Source of the DNA: Basidiobolus meristosporus CBS 931.73
Taxonomy: Eukaryota > Fungi > Basidiobolomycota
Direction: 5' to 3'
DNA: 52,362 nt
Assembly (NCBI GenBank): GCA_002104905.1
Contig: MCFE01000619.1
Coordinates: 1 to 52,362, forward strand
Below are positions 47,652 through 52,362 of the stretch, piece after piece. The notes beneath the pieces were generated by a model that had not been told where the DNA came from, did not search any database, and was given only the letters and a program-made list of their open reading frames with translations. Made by a program: the position numbers and the translations under genes. Numbering within the stretch: position 1 is the first letter of the stretch; each line of letters begins with the position of its first letter.

Positions 47652-49582
47652 ATGAGTCCTTTCAATAGATTGCATTTTTCCAAGCCGCATCAGCAGCAGC
47701 AGCAGCAGCAGCAGCAGGAGGACAGCCTCCCCTATTTCACCCGGACGTGGAACGAGACGGACAGAGTGTCCGTGGTCAAACTGATCCTCGTGGCGATAGA
47801 GCAGCTTGGGGACAGGGAGTCTGATTGGATATCCCGGTTCCGAGAGAGCGTATTTCATCACTTCGCAATCGTCGACCCGATAGGTAAATCCAGTCAAGTC
47901 AACGCCACCCATGTCCCATGGCACTAACCAAACTTTGCATGCACCCCTTTAGAGCAACGATCGCTGGTGGCGGAGGGATACCGGAAGATGGAGGAGCAGG
48001 GTGGTTTGATGATCGACGCGTTGGCCAGATCCCTCGCTGGCCCAAGTAGAGATCTACGCATGGAGGTCCTCTGGGATTTCCTCTTGATTTGCCTCGGTTT
48101 GCTCGACACCCACCAGGAACGCGGTACGGAGTCAAGAAAGGAGATCAAGAAGCACCAGGAGCACGAGAATAAAGTCGGCGAGTACGACGCGCGATCCCGA
48201 GCCGCTCTGTTCCGCCTGGCGAGCATCCTGTACCTCCCGGCCGAATACGCTCTTCACACCGAGCAACGCGTAGCCGAGGCACTTTTCCTGGCCAAACTGT
48301 CCGGGCAAGATCCGGGGGACGCCATGGAGGAAACCACAAAAGCGAGTGTCGACGCGCGTTCCAGAAAGAAGAAGTTGAGGTGGATCGCCACCGGAGTTTC
48401 TGCCGTGGTTGGCGCCACGGCCATCGGGCTTACAGGTGGTCTGGCGGCACCGTTGGTCGTAGCGGGAGTAGGTGCACTTGGTCTTGGCGGCACAGCATTC
48501 CTCGCCTCGACTACGGGAGTGGCAGTCATCTCCTCGTTGTTCGGGATTGCTGGAGGTGGATTAACCGGTAAGCCAGGCTATAGCTCAGACGCAGTCCATT
48601 CAAGCGCCACTAACCAGGTTATGCTTCATAGGATTGAAAGTGACCAGAAGGATGCGCAGCCTGAGGGAATTCTACTTCAAACCTATCCATGTGACCGAAC
48701 AGGCTCCGTCCACACCTTCCCTCAACGTGACCATCGTAGTCCCCGGCTACCTGCGAACCCTGGATGACGCAACCTTCCCGTGGCAGATGAACTTCGCCAA
48801 CCAGCCACCTCACGACACATATAGTTTGGTATTCGAATCACAGGAGCTGCTCTCGTTGGGAAACGCCTTGGACTCTTTTCTCGCCACCAAGGCCGCCAGC
48901 ATGACGGCCAAACAAATCATCAAACACACGGCCATGGCACCGCTGATGGCGTCGATAGCACTCCCCATGTCCCTCATCAAGGCAGGGAATTTGATCGATA
49001 ACCCATGGATCACCGGGATAGACAGGGCGAAGAAGGCAGGTCTTATCCTAGCGGACGTGTTGGTCGAGAGAGTGCAAGGCCACCGGCCGACTTCTTTGGT
49101 AGGTGGAGGAGGAGGTTGATCGCAAGTTGCGGCACCATGCTAACCCTTTTGTTTCCCACCACAGGTCGGCTACTCCCTGGGTGCGTTGGCCATCTTCGAA
49201 TGCCTTGTGGAGCTCGCGAATCGCGGGAAATCCGGCCTGGTAGACGAAGGTAAGTTGGACTCGCATGAGATCTCCTCGAGATCGGCTGGCTAACAACGAT
49301 GTAGTGATCTTGCTAGGGGCCCCGATCACGATTGACCCCAAGCGCTGGATGGCGGCTTCCAGCGTTGTTTCGCGCCGGTTTGTGAACGGCTACTCGAAAA
49401 ACGACTGGGTGCTTGGTTTTCTGTTCCGAGTGCATAACCTGAGCCTCAATGCGGCCGGCCTGGAACCAGTGGACATTCCGGGGATTCGCTCGGTCGACCT
49501 TACCGAAGTGGTCAGTGGACACAACACCTACCTCGACCATCTGGACATCGTGCTAAAGCATGTGGAGGCATCCGGTTTATAA
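47652..49582 (+). CDS. DUF726 / TMCO4 (yeast Mil1-like) alpha/beta-hydrolase-fold protein, 558 aa
   Basis: Model join(47652..47883,47953..48567,48632..49098,49165..49249,49305..49582) = 1677 nt, GT-AG introns with CTAAC branch sites. ATAIGLTGGLAAP Gly-rich segment, GHRPTSLVGYSLGA nucleophile elbow, VNGYSKNDWVL, H near the C-terminus. Start codon inferred. Confidence 0.9.
47690..47718 (+). repeat. (CAG)n tract encoding poly-Gln
   Basis: HQQQQQQQQQE in exon 1 of the DUF726 gene. Confidence 0.9.
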
Positions 49583-49720
49583 TGAATGGATCGATTTATT
49601 GGAATTCCCGGCATTGCCAGCATTTCATGTATATTCTAGAGCTTGTTGGTACCTTGATTGTATAAACATCCCCCTAATAAAGTGGTATTTCAGCAAACGA
49701 CATTGCGGAAAGGGTTGGCT

Positions 49721-50266
49721 TCATAACAGGCAGAGGTCCACCACGGAGCCGAGGATGTTCGCATTGACATCGATCAGCCTGTTGCACGGAGTCTGCGTCG
49801 GGGTGGCCGTGGAGGTAGCGGTTGAGGTCCCTTCCGTTGTGGACACGGAACTGGTTGTTGTTGGATCGGCGGTGACTGCTGTGGTGTCGGGAGTGCTGGT
49901 TGCGGAAGGAGCACGGGTGTAGTCGTCATCCCTGGAATGGTGTCCATCTTCGTTGTAGCCCTCTTCGCCGTTCCCCGACACGTCACGAACGTCATAAACC
50001 TGGTTATTCTGTTGGTTTCCCCTTCTGCCGTACTGGTCAGCGGAGCCGTCGGCTGCTCTATATTGCTGAGGCGGATTCCGACCCCGAGAGTACGAGCCAC
50101 GTAGATCAGCCTTGATCGGCGTATCTCTGTACCTATTGGAAACATCTCGCTTGGATCTGGATGTTGTAATGATATGGAAGTAGCTGGGAGAAGCATCGAT
50201 CGCCCGGGCGTAAGTGCCCTCCAGGACGCAGAGAGCCAAGGCGAAGTAAAGAGGGGAAATTTTCAT
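49721..50266 (-). CDS. Secreted low-complexity protein, 181 aa, unknown function
   Basis: Single open ORF; signal peptide MKISPLYFALALCVLEGTYA; RSKR site; Thr-rich linker; C-terminal Cys pair. Confidence 0.85.
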   Translation of the reverse strand: MKISPLYFALALCVLEGTYARAIDASPSYFHIITTSRSKRDVSNRYRDTPIKADLRGSYSRGRNPPQQYRAADGSADQYGRRGNQQNNQVYDVRDVSGNGEEGYNEDGHHSRDDDYTRAPSATSTPDTTAVTADPTTTSSVSTTEGTSTATSTATPTQTPCNRLIDVNANILGSVVDLCLL

Positions 50267-50444
50267 AGGAAACTTGAGTGAGTTGGATAATTAGCTTATC
50301 GACGCCACCCAGAGGGCCGGTATTTATATTGGAGTGTTTAAGACACGGACTCGGGCGATTTATGAATACATCGGATTTTGTACAAGAAAGAAGGAAATTT
50401 ACACAGATTCATGAAACGTCGAAGATATCAAACGCCGTAGAATT

Positions 50445-51106
50445 TCAGCCTACCACCAACACGATGGCAGCTAGGAAGATGCACAGATGAGAGCGGCTAA
50501 ACGTCAAGTAAGCGCCTCCACTTGGATAGGGTGTTCTGGAAATCCCCGCATACGGGTCGGCTTTTTGGACCATCGATGGGCTAGGGGAATACGTGGGCGA
50601 GGCGCTATTTTGGTCAGTGATCGCGACAGGAGTGTACGAGAGTGTAACGGTGCTCGTACGGACGGGCTCGAAATTTTGCGAGGCTTCGGAAAAGCTAGTG
50701 GACGGAAGGTCTGGGGAGTCCGTTGTGACAGTTGGTTCGTTCGTTGGTGACGGAAGGTTCTGACGTATCTCGAAGTAATGACTGTATGACCAGTCTCCTG
50801 CCTTGCCAATACGAACGGTGTAATTTGCCCCGGTGGGGTATCCTGAGGCACTTGCCACTTGAAAGATCCACCTTCGGACGGTACTTCGTTGGCGATCACC
50901 ATTCTTGGTGACAGATTGTATTCGGGGCCCGAAAATAGCCCGAGGTCAACAGTTTGTGTGGAGTTGGTTTCAGGCTTGATTTTCCATGCCAGAGTGACAT
51001 TACTTCCGATTTCCCAGACGGTCCCTTCCACGGGGGCGGTGAGATAAACTTCAGCAGCTGCTCTAGCCAGGTGGATGAGAATAAGGAATGCAAAATAGAA
51101 GTTCAT
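50445..51106 (-). CDS. Ser/Thr-rich, probably GPI-anchored cell-wall protein with a Kre9/Knh1-like N-terminal domain; 1-nt frameshift
   Basis: MNFYFAFLILIHLARAAAEVYLTAPVEGTVWEIGSNVTLAW..GSFKWQVP in one frame; NYTVRIG..YSHYFEI, Ser/Thr stalk and hydrophobic tail in the other. The span is 662 nt, one short of 221 codons. Confidence 0.8.
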
Positions 51107-51818
51107 TTCGGTATCCAATGGCCGGCACACCCGTACAATTTTATAGCCTTTAACCAGCCCTACGTGTTCGCGTTTGCTATGCGGCAACACCGGCGTCCGT
51201 GCAACCTAATCATTGTTTTGGCTGGGACACACCGTCCGACTCGGGAAACAATCAGATCAATGATCATCGGTTAACTGGTTGGTCAATTAACTCATTTCTG
51301 GAAACGATGTTTCTGATTGTCCCACGGAAATCACATCAAAGCCACTTAGTCCTGGAGCCCCAAAGTATTCCGAGTCGATTCTACACTCCAGCAGCTGTCA
51401 ATTCCTTCGCACTTCACGTGCAACCTCATCCAAATGAGAATGTTACCACCGGACCTTGGTGGAGATCTGATTGGTGGAGGGCGGTCTTATATTGCATAAT
51501 ACATAAAAATATAAGCTTTCATGTGGGAATCTCGGACTCTCTGCGTGGGTGAATTCGGATAAAGAGGGGTAAGAAAGGGTTGTTATGTTGTGGTGATTGG
51601 GTGGCCAGGAGGTTCACTTGAAGGATGACAGGTAACATGAGGGTGTAAATCAATTTTTGAGCAGTCTAAACCCCTTGGATCCAAGTCCGTCACCCCACCC
51701 ATTTGCCAATATTTTAGGTACGCCTATCTTGACGTGTCCGTCTTTTCTTATTAGTGTGTGCTCTCTTCTTAGCTAACTTGTCACTTCTCCTTCCGTTATC
51801 TGTATAGCTTTACCAAAT

Positions 51819-51892
51819 GTATGTTCAACTCTCCCTGGTAGTCATGCGGATGCCCGTCGTGTTTCTAACCTATGAATGTTGCTTTATTCCAG
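51819..51892 (+). other. Probable 5'-UTR intron of SDH4
   Basis: GTATGT donor, CTAAC branch site and TTCCAG acceptor, 7 nt upstream of ATG 51900. Confidence 0.55.
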
Positions 51893-51899
51893 CATTATC

Positions 51900-52362
51900 A
51901 TGGCTTCTCGTGCTCTCACCACTTCCACTCTTCGCCACTGTTCTTTGGTTGGTCCCAGCATTCGTCTAGGTGCCATCCGTAGCTTCCAAACTGGTAAGTT
52001 GATAGGGATATAAGTTGGTGTTTCTCAATTGGTGCTAATAATCCCAAAGGTCGTGTCACTTCTTTGAAGAACACCAAGCCTGCCCAAGGTGAGGCTGTGG
52101 CCAAAAACGCCGATGGCTTGACCATTCACGCAGTGAGCCGTAGCCACGGCTCTATGCATTGGAATATCGAGCGTGCCCTCTCCGCCTCCTTAATACCCTT
52201 AACTTTCTACCCCCTTATCTATGGAGCCCATCCCATCGTTGATTATTCCCTTGGTGTTATTATCCCCGCCCATTGCCACATCGGTTTCCAAGCAATCATC
52301 ACCGATTATTTGCCACACCGTAAGACCCCAGTCCTCAACGTGGCAACTACCTGGGCACTTCG
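51900..52362 (+). CDS. SDH4: Succinate dehydrogenase cytochrome b small subunit (CybS/SDHD family), 3'-truncated by the window edge
   Basis: join(51900..51993,52050..>52362). Arg/Ser/Thr-rich presequence, then HGSMHWNIERALS..VDYSLG..HCHIGFQAIITDY. Not in the ORF track because the frame runs off the end. Confidence 0.93.

Noticed and set aside
51199-51552. 117-aa ORF between the cell-wall gene and SDH4
   Set aside because: No motif; lies in a probable divergent promoter region.
1-52362. Prokaryotic operon, CRISPR array, tRNA or rRNA genes
   Set aside because: Spliceosomal introns and LTR elements show eukaryotic DNA; no repeat-spacer array, cloverleaf or rRNA-like sequence was seen.

Overview
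Eukaryotic (fungal) nuclear DNA in two sharply separated compartments. About 1-46,870 is a gene-free, nested transposon block that is almost devoid of CpG. It holds Ty1/copia elements (LTR families I label A, C, D), Ty3/gypsy elements (B, F and a Tf2/sushi-like G), solo LTRs, several relics of one CACTA/En-Spm-like transposase family, a Myb/SANT-like relic and a small TIR MITE family. Three elements are structurally complete with paired LTRs and 5-bp TSDs: copia-1 (5283-9963, TSD GATAG), a gypsy (25076-30791, TSD AAACA) and a 3.3-kb non-autonomous copia-type element D (40657-43967, TSD AACAG). None has an intact gag-pol. About 46,870-52,362 is compact, CpG-rich gene space: a 5-exon DUF726/TMCO4-like alpha/beta-hydrolase gene, a secreted Thr-rich protein gene, a Kre9/Knh1-N-terminal-like Ser/Thr-rich cell-wall gene with a 1-nt frameshift, and the 5' part of SDH4. 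The most interesting signals: (i) evidence that coding-dead LTR elements are mobilised in trans (element D, and RT frameshifts shared by two diverged copia copies); (ii) a CpG-deamination gradient, with the youngest gypsy losing integrase catalytic residues at CpG sites; (iii) a 382-bp foldback module linked to a MITE family. All coordinates, alignments and identities were read by eye; no searches were run. Family letters are my own labels.
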